64,000 nucleotides of DNA from Heptranchias perlo (lineage: Eukaryota), in contig NC_090328.1 of the NCBI RefSeq assembly GCF_035084215.1, positions 105,524,001-105,588,000 on the forward strand, read 5' to 3'. How positions within the stretch are numbered: position 1 is the stretch's first letter; each line of letters opens with the position of its first letter. The position numbers and the translations under genes are program-made. Below, one piece after another: positions 1 to 11,110 of the stretch. The notes under the pieces were generated by a model. The model had not been told where the DNA came from. It was given only the letters and a program-made list of their open reading frames with translations, and searched no databases.

Positions 1-142
1 ACACTGTCATCAGCTTTCCATTGGGAATGAGGACTGCACTTTTTATATCTGTATTAAATTCAACAAAAACCATGTACACAAGAGAAAAGGAACTGCATAA
101 TTTCAGACCTCTGAAGAAATCTGGATTTTAGCTAAAAAAAGG

Positions 143-525
143 TTGGAGGAGGAAGAGGACAGGGAGGATAAGGAAGGGATGGAGGAGGAGAAGGAAGAAG
201 AAGGGGAAGAGAAGGAAGAGGAGGAAGAAGGAGAGGAGGAAGAAGAAGGGGAAGAGGAAGTCGAAAGGGAGGATGAAGAAGAAGGGGAGGAGGAAGAAAA
301 GAGGATGAACGAGAAGTAGGGGAGGCTGAGAGTAGGAAGAAAGAGGTTTTGAGAAGGAATAAGGGGAGCAGGGGGAGAAGAAAGGAGAGGGTTAAGAGAA
401 GGAGGAAGAAGGATGGAGAAGAAGGAGGAGGAGGAAGAAGATGGAGATGAAAAGGAGGAAGGGGAGGGGGAGGAAGAAAACGAAGGGGAGCAGGAGGAGG
501 AGCAGCAGCAACAGTAGCAGCAACA
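143..525. repeat. Polypurine (GAA/GGA/GAG) low-complexity tract
   Basis: Almost pure A/G on the + strand, grading into (CAG/CAA)n at the tail of the adjacent L2 fragment. Confidence 0.9.
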
Positions 526-725
526 ATAACATTTATTTAGTGCCTTTAATAGAACAAAACATCCCAAGACATTTGATGTAACAAAGCAGACCTGGCAGTG
601 GTAGAAGAATTAAGAGGTGACCAAACACGTGATCAAAAGGTATAGGCTGTGAGGAGACTTTTAGAGGTGGCAAAAGAAGCAGCAAGGTAAAGAGGTTTAC
701 AGATGGAGTTCCAGAGGGGAGGATC
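520..725 (-). mobile_element. Degenerate L2 LINE 3' end
   Basis: CAACAATAACATTTATTTAGTGCCTTTAA...CATCCCAAG resembles the reverse complement of the L2 3' tail at 8220-8277. Confidence 0.6.
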
Positions 726-1540
726 TAGACAGATGTTCAGAGCAATAATTAATCTCTCTTCACACGTGCAGTGCTAATTTCTCTACGTCAACATTGTTTT
801 TTCCATCTTGGTAATGGGTGATGGGTGAGCTAGAGCCTCAGCAACAATGGCAAGCCTAGTAATGGGGCCAAGGCGAAGGTTTATGAGCACAGTCTAGTGG
901 GGAGGCATATAATTTCTTAAGGTAGGAATGTAGGGGTGACGATCTATCTGTATTCTCTAGTGGTATGCAGGGACATCTTTAGACATTCCAATGATTTTTT
1001 TTTCGTACAGAATTTAGCAAAAAATGTACTTCCCTATAGGCTGGAAATTGGGGAACGAGTTGTATTTCCTTTCAAAGGTACGCACTATCCTACCCTCCCC
1101 TTCCAAAACTGCTGCCTCAATCCGTGCTTTGAGATCTCTACTTTTCTATATATTCCTTTGCAGTCTCACAACATAAATAATAGGTTTAGAAATTTCTGTT
1201 TAAAATGTTCATTGTTCATCTCGTGATTTGATACTGGTTTTGAAATACATGGAGGCAATTTCTGACAGCTGTCTTACATCATGAATATTATCCAACAGCC
1301 CAAGGGAAACACACATGATAAGATCCGTAAATATTGAACCTTAGCAGAGCAGATAAAGAAATATGGCATTATAAGATATTACCTGTTGAACTCTGACGAT
1401 CTGAATCCAAACCCAGCCTGATAGATGTTCAAAGTCATCAGTGTGTTCAGATCCAGGATCAGATTCCAGGGCAGAGAGTGAGGCCACAGAGAAAATAAAG
1501 CGCAATTTAAAATTCTTGCCAGAATACTTGGGAAGTGTCA

Positions 1541-2460
1541 TTTTTTTTTATTCGTTCATGGGATGTGGGCATCACTGGCAAGGCCAGCATTTATTGCCCA
1601 TCCCTAATTGCCCTTGAGAAGATGGTGGTGAGCCGTCTTCTTGAACCACTGCAGTCCATGTGGTGAAGGGTCTCCCACAGTGCTGTTAGGTAGGGAGTTC
1701 CAGGATTTTGACCCAGTGACAATGAAGGAATGGCGATATATTTCCAAGTCAGGATGGTCTGTGGCTTTGAGGGGAACGTGCAGGTGGTGTTGTTCCCATG
1801 TGCCTGCTGCCCTTGTCCTTCTAGGTGGTGGAGGTCGCGGGTTTGGGAGGTGCTGTCGAAGAAGCCTTGGCGAGTTGCTGCAATGCATCCTGTGGATGGT
1901 ACACACTGCAGCCACGGTGCGCTGGTGGTGGAGGGAGTGAATGTTTAGGGTGGTGGATGGGGTGCCAATCAAGCGGGCTGCTATGTCCTGGATGGTGTCG
2001 AGCTTCTTGAGTGTTGTTGGAGCTGCACTCATCTAGGCAAGTGGAGAGTATTCCATCACACTCCTGACTTGTGCCTTGTAGATGGTGGAAAGACTTTGTG
2101 GAGTCAGGAGGTGAGTCACTCGACACGGAATACCCAGCCTCTGACCTGCTCTTGTAGCCACAGTATTTATGTGGCTGGTCCAGTTAAGTTTCTGGTCAAT
2201 GGTGACCCCCAGGATGTTGATGGTGGGGGATTCGGCAATGGTAATGCCGTTGAATGTCAAGGGGAGGTGGTTAGACTCTCTCTTGTTGGAGATGGTCATT
2301 GCCTGGCACTTGTCTGGCGCGAATGTTACTTGCCACTTATCAGCTCAAGCCTGGATGTTGTCCAGGTCTTGTTGCATGCAGGCATGGACTGCTTCACTAT
2401 CTGAGGGGTTGCGAATGGAACTGAACACTGTGCAATCATCAGCGAACATCCCATTTCTGA
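1541..2460 (-). mobile_element. CR1-group LINE family 2, 3' part with poly(A) tail
   Basis: RT C-terminal peptides ILGVTIDQKLNWTSHI and IYKAQVRSVMEYS; A-tail at 1542-1549; same 3' UTR recurs at 20283, 25380-25512 and 29302. Confidence 0.9.
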
Positions 2461-3235
2461 CAGTTGACGGCAAAGGATGAAGGTCTGATTTCTGGTCCAA
2501 AATTTCATGATGTAGATAGAGCTGCCAATGAACAGTTCACCAGACTGCAGAGAGCTTATTAACATTGCAAACTACAAGGTAAGCAAACCTAAACAATGAC
2601 ACTGTCAATCCATAAGCTGAAAACATACAGGAATAACCCAGAAATTGAAACCCAGAGATTGGTTGCTATGATTAGTCAACAACTCCATTTTATCATGTGA
2701 CTACCAGGATGGTAGAAGCTGAACTAGATGGACCTTTGTCTTTAATCGTCTAGCAATTCCTAATTCCTATGGAATAGGGCTCACCTCAAATGACACGCGC
2801 GCACATCTGAGTTCAAGTCTTAATAGAGCTTGTATTTTGAATTGCTCAATGTTATATGTGCTGCATTTCATCAGTTGTCATCTTGGATATTTTTTAATGA
2901 GATTTCTTACCTTGGCAGAAAACTGGCATTGGATACAATGCACTTTCCTTGAACTCAGCTTGCCACATGTTAGCTTTTAACTGTGATCATGATTGGAGTC
3001 AAAAGCCGCAAAAAGGGATTCACATTTCATTCATCCGGCCTGATCACTGAAAATGAAGGAATATGAATGGTTACAGTGGAAAATGGAATAAATAGAGGGA
3101 GTGACCCTCTCCCCCAAAAAGTCGCTGAATACAATACGTCTCAGAGTATCGAAACATCCAACAATCAGTGATAATTGTCTAAAAATGTACTTAGTATACT
3201 ACTATAAAATGTAATTAGTGAATTGCACGATATAC

Positions 3236-3308
3236 TTAGCATTATATTGTACAATGGATTTAGTATTATATTGTACAATGTATTTAGTATTATACTGTAC
3301 AATGTATT
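3236..3308. repeat. 24-bp tandem repeat x3 (TTAGTATTATATTGTACAATGTAT)
   Basis: Direct inspection. Confidence 0.8.
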
Positions 3309-3325
3309 GTTATTATTTTGCACAA

Positions 3326-3630
3326 GAAGAAAGAAAGAAAGAACTTGAATGGATATAGCAACTTTCATGACCTCAGGATGTCCTAAAGCCCTTTACAATG
3401 AAGTACTTTTTTGAAGTGTAGTCACTGTTGTAATGTAGGAAACATGGCAGCCAATTTGCTCACAGCGAGGACCCACAAACAGCAATGTGATAATGACAAG
3501 ACAATCTGTTTTAGTGATGTTGGTTGAGGGATAAATATTGGCCAGGATGCCGGGGAGAACTCCCCTGCTGTTCTTTGGATAGTGCAGTGGGATTTTTTAT
3601 ATCCACCTGTGAGGGCAGATGGGGCCTCGG
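3326..3630 (-). mobile_element. Deu-domain SINE (SacSINE1-like), 5'-truncated
   Basis: Matches the reverse complement of the 3' half of the full copy at 23318-23783; (GAAA)n tail. Confidence 0.85.
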
Positions 3631-4819
3631 AACACAGGTTAGATAAATTACATTATTTCACTTAACTTACAGTATTTGTTTCAAAACAATTAAAGTTCCA
3701 AACACTTAGTAGTTTGCTATGGTCACTTTGGACCATGTGTTCATGATGATGTGTTCATGACGACAAGCTTGAGGCTCTTGGCCAAACAATCTGATCCTGA
3801 TATGGGATATTTAAACAAAGGGTAGACCACCCATCACCCCTCCACCCTCACCTACCCTGCCATATTTCAATATCCATCCCAGACCATCAGGCCTAGATTT
3901 TCTGCCCACAGATGTAACTTGAGCAGCCAGGAAATGCATTGGGATCCAATCTATCTACTCCCTGCCACTACTAGAATTTCCTGCCTAAAGTGACGGGAAA
4001 TGCAATACATATGTCCATAAATTGCCATGTAAATGACAGAAATACATCACCGGGATGTATTTTCCGTCATTGGTGCTATAGTAACACTTTGCACTAGGGA
4101 TGCTTGTTCGTCCCTGGAGTGCAGTGTGGCAGTGGGTAGTAGAGGGCCCCTTTAAGATTTAAATAGGCAAAAAGGTCCATGCAAAGTGATTGATTACATA
4201 CGTTCAGGCACCAATTAAAAAATATACAACATTATTTAAAACTTTAAAAGGTAGGACAGAGTGGCCGCCAGACATCCTGCTGAGACAAGTTACAGGAAAT
4301 CTCCATGCCACATCCCAGTGGACCTCCTGACTGGAACCTGACACAATTATTTAAATGGCTGGGTTGGGGCACATCATGCAGTGGGTGGAAGTCCTTCCCT
4401 GCAATACTTCCATTGGTGTACGGGCTCGGTGGAAGATCTACGCTTTCTCTCCTTCACCATGGCAACAGAAAATCTCTCCTAGAAAGTGCTAACCGCACCA
4501 TTTTAGAATTAATACAATACCTGGCATAGTTACAAATTCCTGTAAAAAATATGTAACATAGAGTGATTCTTATAATCTGAGACAAGAAAGATCTTCTGTC
4601 CTGTCACCGAAGGGTCCCATCCAAAATGTCTACCTGTCTTCAGATGATGATTGATCCAGTGTGTATTTCCAACATTTCTGTTTTTATTTTTCTTTATCCT
4701 GGTTGCCATTATCCCTAATTAAAAACAATTTTGATAGTTTCACACCTCAGTTGAGATTGATAAGTATGTCTCTGATTACAATTTCACATGAAGGGAGAAT
4801 TGAATAAGAAATGGTAAAC

Positions 4820-5582
4820 AGTAAATGGTAAAAGGTTGTTTTTCAAACTGGAGGGAAGTATACAGTGGGTCCCCCAGGGGCCAGTATTAGGATCACTGCT
4901 CTTTTCGATTTATTTAAAGACCTGGACTTGGGTATACAGGACATAATTTCAAAGTTTGCAGATGGCACAAAACTCAGAAATGTAGTAAACAGTGAGGGGG
5001 ATAGTAGCAGACTTCAGGAGGACATAGACAGACTAGAGAAATGGGCAGGCACATGGCAGATGAAATTTAATGCAGAGAAGTGTGAAGTGATACATTTTGA
5101 AATACAATTTTAAAGGGGGTGCAGGAACAGAGAGCCCTGGGGGTTCACATACACAAATCTTTGAAGGTGGCAGGACAAGCTGATAAAGCTTTTAAAAAAA
5201 CGATGGGATCATTGGCTTTATAAATAGATGTGGAGATGCCGGTGATGGACTGGGGTTAACAATTGTAAACAATTTTACAACACCAAGTTATAGTCCAACG
5301 ATTTTATTTTTAATCCCACAAGCTTTCGAGGGCTTTCCCCTTCCTCAGGCGGTTTCCCCTTCCCCGCCTGAGGAAGGGGAAAGCCCCCGAAAGCTTGTGG
5401 GATTAAAAATAAAATCGTTGGACTATAACTTGGTGTTGTAAAATTGTTTACAATTTATAAATAGAGGCATAGAGTACAAAAGCAAGCAAATTATGCTAAG
5501 CCTTTATAAGTCATTGGTTAGGCCTCAGCTGAAGTATCTGAGCAATTCTGGGCACCACACTTTAGGAAGGATGTCAAGGCCT
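4820..5582 (+). mobile_element. CR1 LINE RT fragment, interrupted by a Penelope-type insert
   Basis: ISKFADGTKL...WQMKFNAEKCEVIHF; LYKSLVRPQLKY. Confidence 0.9.
5229..5453. mobile_element. Palindromic Penelope-type terminal-repeat insertion with a hammerhead motif in each arm
   Basis: Inverted arms; 12-bp TSD TTTATAAATAGA (5217-5228 and 5454-5465); CTGAGGA-A-GGGG-AAAGC-CCCC-GAAA-GCTT at 5368-5396. Confidence 0.85.
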
Positions 5583-5689
5583 AGGTCTAGTATCAAGCAC
5601 CAAGTGAACCTTGGCAGCACAAGGTTCCTTAAACCTGATCTTCACACATTCACACGAGGTGGCTGTTGTGATGGGCACTTTTCTAGAAC

Positions 5690-6545
5690 CCATCCTGTTT
5701 CACAAACGTCTTCAGCCAAAAGTGTCATTTGGTCATCTCCTGAGGTCCCCAGCATCATAGATGCCAGTGTCCAGCCAATTGAGTGCACTCCATGAAACAC
5801 TAAGAAGTGGTCACATGCACTAGGCATAGAGATGGCTTTGAGCCCTGATAACATTTCAACTGTAGTGCTGAAGACTTACATACCAGAACTAGCCATCCCC
5901 AACCAAGCTATTCCAGTCTAGCTACAGTACTGGCATATGTTCATCAATGTGGAAAATTGCCTGAGTAGGTCGCATCTACAAAAATCAGGACAAATCCAAC
6001 CAAACAATAACCACTATTTAGCCTCCCCACAATCATCTGCAAAATGATGGAATAAGTCATCAGCAGTGTCATCATGTATCATCTAGTCACCAATAACTTG
6101 CTCACTGACTCTCAGTTTGAACTCTGCCAGAACCACTTAGATCCAGACCTCATCACAGCCTGGACCCAGACATGGATTCAGAAACTGAACGCCAGAGGAG
6201 AGGTGAGAGTAGCTTCCCTTGATATTGAGGCAGCATTCAACCAAGTAGGGCACTAAGAACACAAGGCTCAGGCTGACATTTGACAAGTTGCATTTATGTC
6301 ATAAAAGTGCCATATTCTATCTCTGTAGCCTCCTCCAGCCCTGCAACCTTCCAAGATCTCTGCGCTCCTCCAATTCTGGCTTCTTGCGCATTCCCGATTT
6401 TCTTCACTCCACCATTGGCAGTTGCACTATCAGCACAGGACTGGAAAAGTTGAAGGGAAAGGCTCACCAACTTTTCAGATCAATTAGGAATGGGCAAAAA
6501 AAATGTTTTTCCAGCATCGTCTACATCCCGAGAGCAAAATTTAAA
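5690..6545 (+). mobile_element. Degenerate CR1-group family 2 fragments, with a short L2 piece inside (about 6317-6425)
   Basis: EVRVASLDIEAAFNQV RT motif; the internal piece matches L2 7925-8030. Confidence 0.7.
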
Positions 6546-6644
6546 AATAATACTCTTTCTTGCATGTGTTCCCTCATATCTGCTTTTGCAGAAGAAGGTT
6601 GCCTTTAATGGAAGGCAGCACTTTCAGGCAGAAGGAAGACCTGT

Positions 6645-8277
6645 TGCCTATCTCCCCTCATGCCCTTTCCGAGATCATCTTGTCCATGAGACCCACCTCA
6701 TGCTCCCTTGACCCTATTCTCACCAAACTGCTGACCATCCAACTTCCCTTCCTGGCCACCATGTTAGCTGATATGAATTCCCTCTCCTCAGGTACTGTCC
6801 CCCTTCCTTTCAAACCTGCCATCATCACCCCACTCCTCAAAAAACCCACCATTGGCCCCTCTGTCCTTGCAAACTACCGCCCCATCTCTAACCTCCCTTT
6901 CCTCTCCAAAGTCCTTGAATCTGTTGTCATCTCTCAAATCCATGCCCATCTTTCACACAACTCCTGTTTGAACCTCTCCAAACAAATTTCCACCCCTGCC
7001 ACAGCACTGAAACGGCCTTTGTTAAAGTCACAAATAACATCCTATGTGACTGTGATCGTGGTAAACTATCTCTCCTCATCCTTCTCAACCTGACTACAGC
7101 CTTTGACATGGTAAACCACACCATCCTCCTCCAATGCCTCTCCTCCGTTGTCCAGCTGGGTGGGACTGCCCTTGCCCGATTCCATTCCTATCCAGTCGCA
7201 GCCAAAGAATACCTGAAATGGCTTCTCTTCCCTCTCCCGCACTGTTACCTCTGGTGTCCCCCAAGGATCTATTCTTGGCCTCCTATATCTCATCTACATG
7301 CTGCCCCTAGGCAACATCATCCGAAAACACGTTAGATTCCACATGTATGCTGATGTCACTCATCTCTACCTCACCACCACCTATCTCGACCTCTCCATTG
7401 CCTCTGATTTGTCACGCTGTTTGTCCCACATCCAGTATTCAATGAACAGAAATATCTTCCAATTAAATATTGCGAAGATCGAAGCCACATACTCCCTTCC
7501 CTAGCCACCAACTCCATCCCTCTCCGTGGCCACTGTCTGAGGCTGAACCAGACCATTCGCAACCTTGGTGTCCTATTTGACCCTGAGCTAAGCTTCTGAC
7601 CCCATATCCTCTCCATCATTTCCACCTTTATAACATCACCTGTCTCCGCCCCTGCCTCAGCTCATCTGCTGCTGAAACCTTAATCCATGCCTTTGTTACC
7701 TCTAGACTCGACTATTCCAGTGCTCTCCTGGCCAGCATCCTACCTTGCACCCTCCTTAAATTTGAGCTCATCCAAAACTCTGCTGCCTGTATCCTAACTC
7801 GCATCAAGTCCCATTCATCTATCACCCCTGAGCTCACTCATCTACGTTGGCTCCCAGTTCGGCAATGCTCGATTTTAAAATTCTCATCTTTATGTTCAAA
7901 TCCCTCCTAGGCCTCACCCCTCCCTATCTCTGTAGCCTCCTCCAGCCCTACAACCTTCTGAGATCTCTGCACTCCTCCAATTCTAGCCGCTTGCGCATCG
8001 CCAATTTTCTTCGCTCCACCATTGGCGGTTGTGCCTTCAGCTGCCTAGGCCCTAAGCTCTGGAATTCCCTCCCTAAACCTCTCCGACTCTCTACCTTTCT
8101 CTCCTCTTTAAGATGCTTCTTAAAACCTACCTCTTTGACCAATCTTTTGGTCACCTGTCCTAATATTTCCTTTTGTGGTTTGTTGTCAAATTTTGTTTGA
8201 TAACGCTCCCGGAAGCGCCTTGGGATGTTTTACTATGTTAAAGGTGCTATATAAATGCAAGTTGTTGTTGTTGTTGA
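6645..8277 (+). mobile_element. L2 LINE, 5'-truncated and frameshifted
   Basis: NYRPISNLPFLSKVLE and FHMYADVTHLYL RT motifs; 3' tail AAAGGTGCTATATAAATGCAAG(TTG)n. Confidence 0.9.
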
Positions 8278-8619
8278 AGGTCACCACACTAAGACCTTTG
8301 ACCACCCCCCCCCTCATTAAAAGTACAACATTGAGGTTATAGGTGTGGAAACAATAGAAGAAGTAGGGTAAGCTGAGCTCCTGTAAGATCATTGCTTTAC
8401 ATTGCTTATCTATCTTTTCACTGACTCATTCATTCCCTCACACAGGCCCACTTTGCCACATTTCAGTGTGACATACTGCCAACTCTGGGGTTTGAAGAAG
8501 TGTATTACTGTAATCATTGTAACGTATGTTCTTCATCTATTCCTCCGAGTGTCCAAGAGAAGGAAGAGATAGCAAAGCCTACTGTACAGCCCTGAGATAA
8601 CATCACACAGCATTCAGCA

Positions 8620-9330
8620 TCACCCACTTCCTACGGTGCCATTCCGGGGGAGCCCGTTAGAATGTTGAAGCTCAGAGCACTTGGTGAAACACTGAGCACA
8701 ATTGACGAGGAGAAAGTGCAGGTAGAATTTCAGGAGATGCAACCTGCTGGCCTCAGAATCAATTTGAGGCCTACCTCAGATGTTGTGCACAGGACTTCAG
8801 ACCCCACAAGGCCTTTCTTGGTGTCATTTGAGGCTGTGCCATGCAACATGTAGAGGATGGAGGAATCCCTGGAGAAGTCTACAATCCACATCTATGACTG
8901 CCTGGCAGGGGGAAGACTACGATGGAGAATAAGGCCCCTCCGGGCTCCTCTGCAGCAGAGCACACCAAGGTTCTAAGCTCAGGTGTAGTTTTTTTCATAA
9001 ATGCTTTGACTGGTGCTATGGAGACATTGAGCTCCAATCTACAGCTGTCTGTCTCTGGATTCACCTTATTCGAGACAGCCAGAACACAAAGCTTCAACTA
9101 CCTCATTGCTGCTCAAGGATTTGCTCCCTCAGAGATCTCTAGCCACGCTGAAGGAGTGCCCGGTAGTATGGGATTGACAGGAATTGGCACGAATGATGGA
9201 GACAGCTCTCAGGGCAATGCCACATTCCCACCTCTCTGCCAAATACCTCAGATGACAGTTGCTGATTGTACAGGCCCAGACACTCTCTGTGGTGCCTTCA
9301 TTTCCATAGCCATCAACAGAACTATTTCAT
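8620..9330 (+). pseudogene. Highly decayed Harbinger Myb/SANT-gene exon 3 remnant
   Basis: GGTGAAACACTGAGCACAA and GGATGGAGGAATCC resemble 49153-49171 and 49374-49387; lies convergent on the nuclease remnant at 10190-11110. Confidence 0.45.
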
Positions 9331-9334
9331 CTGA

Positions 9335-9625
9335 TGGGTGAATCCAGAACAAGAAGGCATAATCTTAAAATTAGAGCCATGCCACTTAGGAGTGAAATCT
9401 GGAAGCACTTCTTCACACAAAGGGTAGTTGAAATCTGGAACTCGCTCCCTAAAAAGCTGTGGATGCTGGGTCAAATGCAATGTTCAAGACTGAGATCAAT
9501 AGATTTTTGTTAGGTAAAGGTATCAAGGGATATGGAACAAAAGCGAAAAAATGGAGTTGAGGTACAGATCAGCCATGATCTAATTGAATGACAGAATAGG
9601 CTGAATGGCCCACGTCTGTTCCTAT
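9335..9625 (+). mobile_element. CR1 LINE 3' end
   Basis: Similar to 32170-32470 (CACTTCTTCACACAAAGGGTAG...GATCAGCCATGATCT). Confidence 0.85.
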
Positions 9626-9711
9626 CAAAATTGTTCCTGTCAGTTCTATTGGTATGACGTTGATTCAAGTTGCATTCATGGATTTTGGGCCCACTGGAGG
9701 GAAAGCTATAT

Positions 9712-9887
9712 TTATCTGATCATTTATTTCATTACTGCTTGTGGGGCCATGCTTTGTGGAAATAGGCTGCCATGTTTTCCTAACATTATAACATGACCAT
9801 GCTTCAAAAGTACTTCATTGGGTGTGAAGTCCTTTGAGATGTTCTGAGGATGTAAAAGGTGTTATATAAATGCAAGTTCTTTCTTTC
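9712..9887 (+). mobile_element. Deu-SINE 3' fragment
   Basis: Shared tail AAAGGTGTTATATAAATGCAAGTTCTTTCTTTC. Confidence 0.75.
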
Positions 9888-9949
9888 TGTTGACGTGGCA
9901 GCTGGGCATATGGGAGGAGGACTGTTATGTAAAGGTAGAAAATGTCTAT

Positions 9950-10110
9950 GAGGGTGAATTTCTGCGGGGGTTCTCCTGGTCGTCTGCTGTAACCTCAGCA
10001 GAAGAAGTACAGAAACTTTGGAGAAATGGCGTATATGGTGTTTAAACCGTTTTTCTGGGGTTTCCGTGATTCTTCCACCGAAGTTACAGTGGACGACTAG
10101 GAGACCCTCC
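9950..10110. mobile_element. Hairpin MITE-like element
   Basis: About 57-bp imperfect inverted arms (9973-10029 vs 10047-10103); starts GAGGGTGAATTT, like the Harbinger TIRs in this window. Confidence 0.6.
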
Positions 10111-10189
10111 CACCGCCTCCTGTTAATGAAAGGCAATTAAATCCTGTCATGCAATCTGAGAAGCTTATTCCGCAGGAAATTCATTTTTG

Positions 10190-11110
10190 TTGTGCTCAAT
10201 CTCATCTTCTTCAGCTTGTTGTTGCCTTTCTTCTCCTGGCTGCTCCATAATTAAGATCCCTTGGAGAAGAGAGCAGGCAACAATATTTGTGGGCCTTGAC
10301 TGGGCTATACTCCAAGTAACAGAATCACTGTTTGAGGATGCTGAAAGCTTGTTCCACTATGGGTCACACTACATCTCCTGAGCTCCTATCATTGGCTACT
10401 GAACTCGTGTCATGAGCTATGGCTGCAGTGTACGTCCTTGGTCTCCCAAAAGCCATACTTGGTGTCTTTTTGGCCCTTCTGGCATTGTTAATGGGCACAG
10501 GCTGAATGAATCATGGGAGCATGGATTGAAGCATACGATTCTGTTCCTGACCAAATGGCAGAGCACCATAAAGAATATGGTCACTGGCGCACCATCGGTA
10601 TATCGATGGAACAATAGTCCTTTCTATTCATGAATGGTGTTGCCTTCAGACACATACGGCTACATGAGTATATTCAATGCACGTACTGGAATCCTGCCAA
10701 ACAGTAGAAGTGGAGGGTTCTTTCTTGCTGTTGGCTGCTTTCCACAGGAAATATGATAAAATAACTGGCCTTGGCAAACAATGGGTCATCTACTTGCCTG
10801 ATACAACTGTGGACTGAAGGTCAGGAGACGTGACATTGATCTCGTGCCTAGAAGACTCCTGCCACATAAAAGTGCAATGCAGCTGTAACCTTGACAGCCA
10901 TGGAATGATCTGTCCCTGTGCTGGAGCTGGTCTCCAAGTCTGGCAGCATAAGTGTGCAGAGTCCAGTAATGGCTTCCTTTGGGAATCTAAGTCAATGTTG
11001 GCAGGTTTCTTCAGACAGTGCCAACTGAAAGACCCCAGTCCTGTACACACGAGTATCAGCGTGGATGAATGGAGCATCAAAGGTGCAATCTGATCTGTCC
11101 AGCTTGCCTC
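10190..11110 (-). pseudogene. Ancient Harbinger DDE nuclease remnant
   Basis: Minus-strand peptides AVKVTAALHFY, PCSHDSF, WLLGDQG and IVEQAFSILKQ, in the expected order. Confidence 0.75.

Noticed and set aside
103-567. 154-aa Ser-rich ORF
   Set aside because: Translation of the polypyrimidine strand of a low-complexity tract; no domain.
1341-2580. Possible host coding exons flanking the LINE (1383-1540, 2464-2578)
   Set aside because: Splice-like signals are present, but the translations have stops or match no protein I recognise.
3890-4480. Possible old non-autonomous DNA transposon (also 54470-54720)
   Set aside because: Only vague TIR-like ends and no TSD or coding remnant; cannot be supported by eye.
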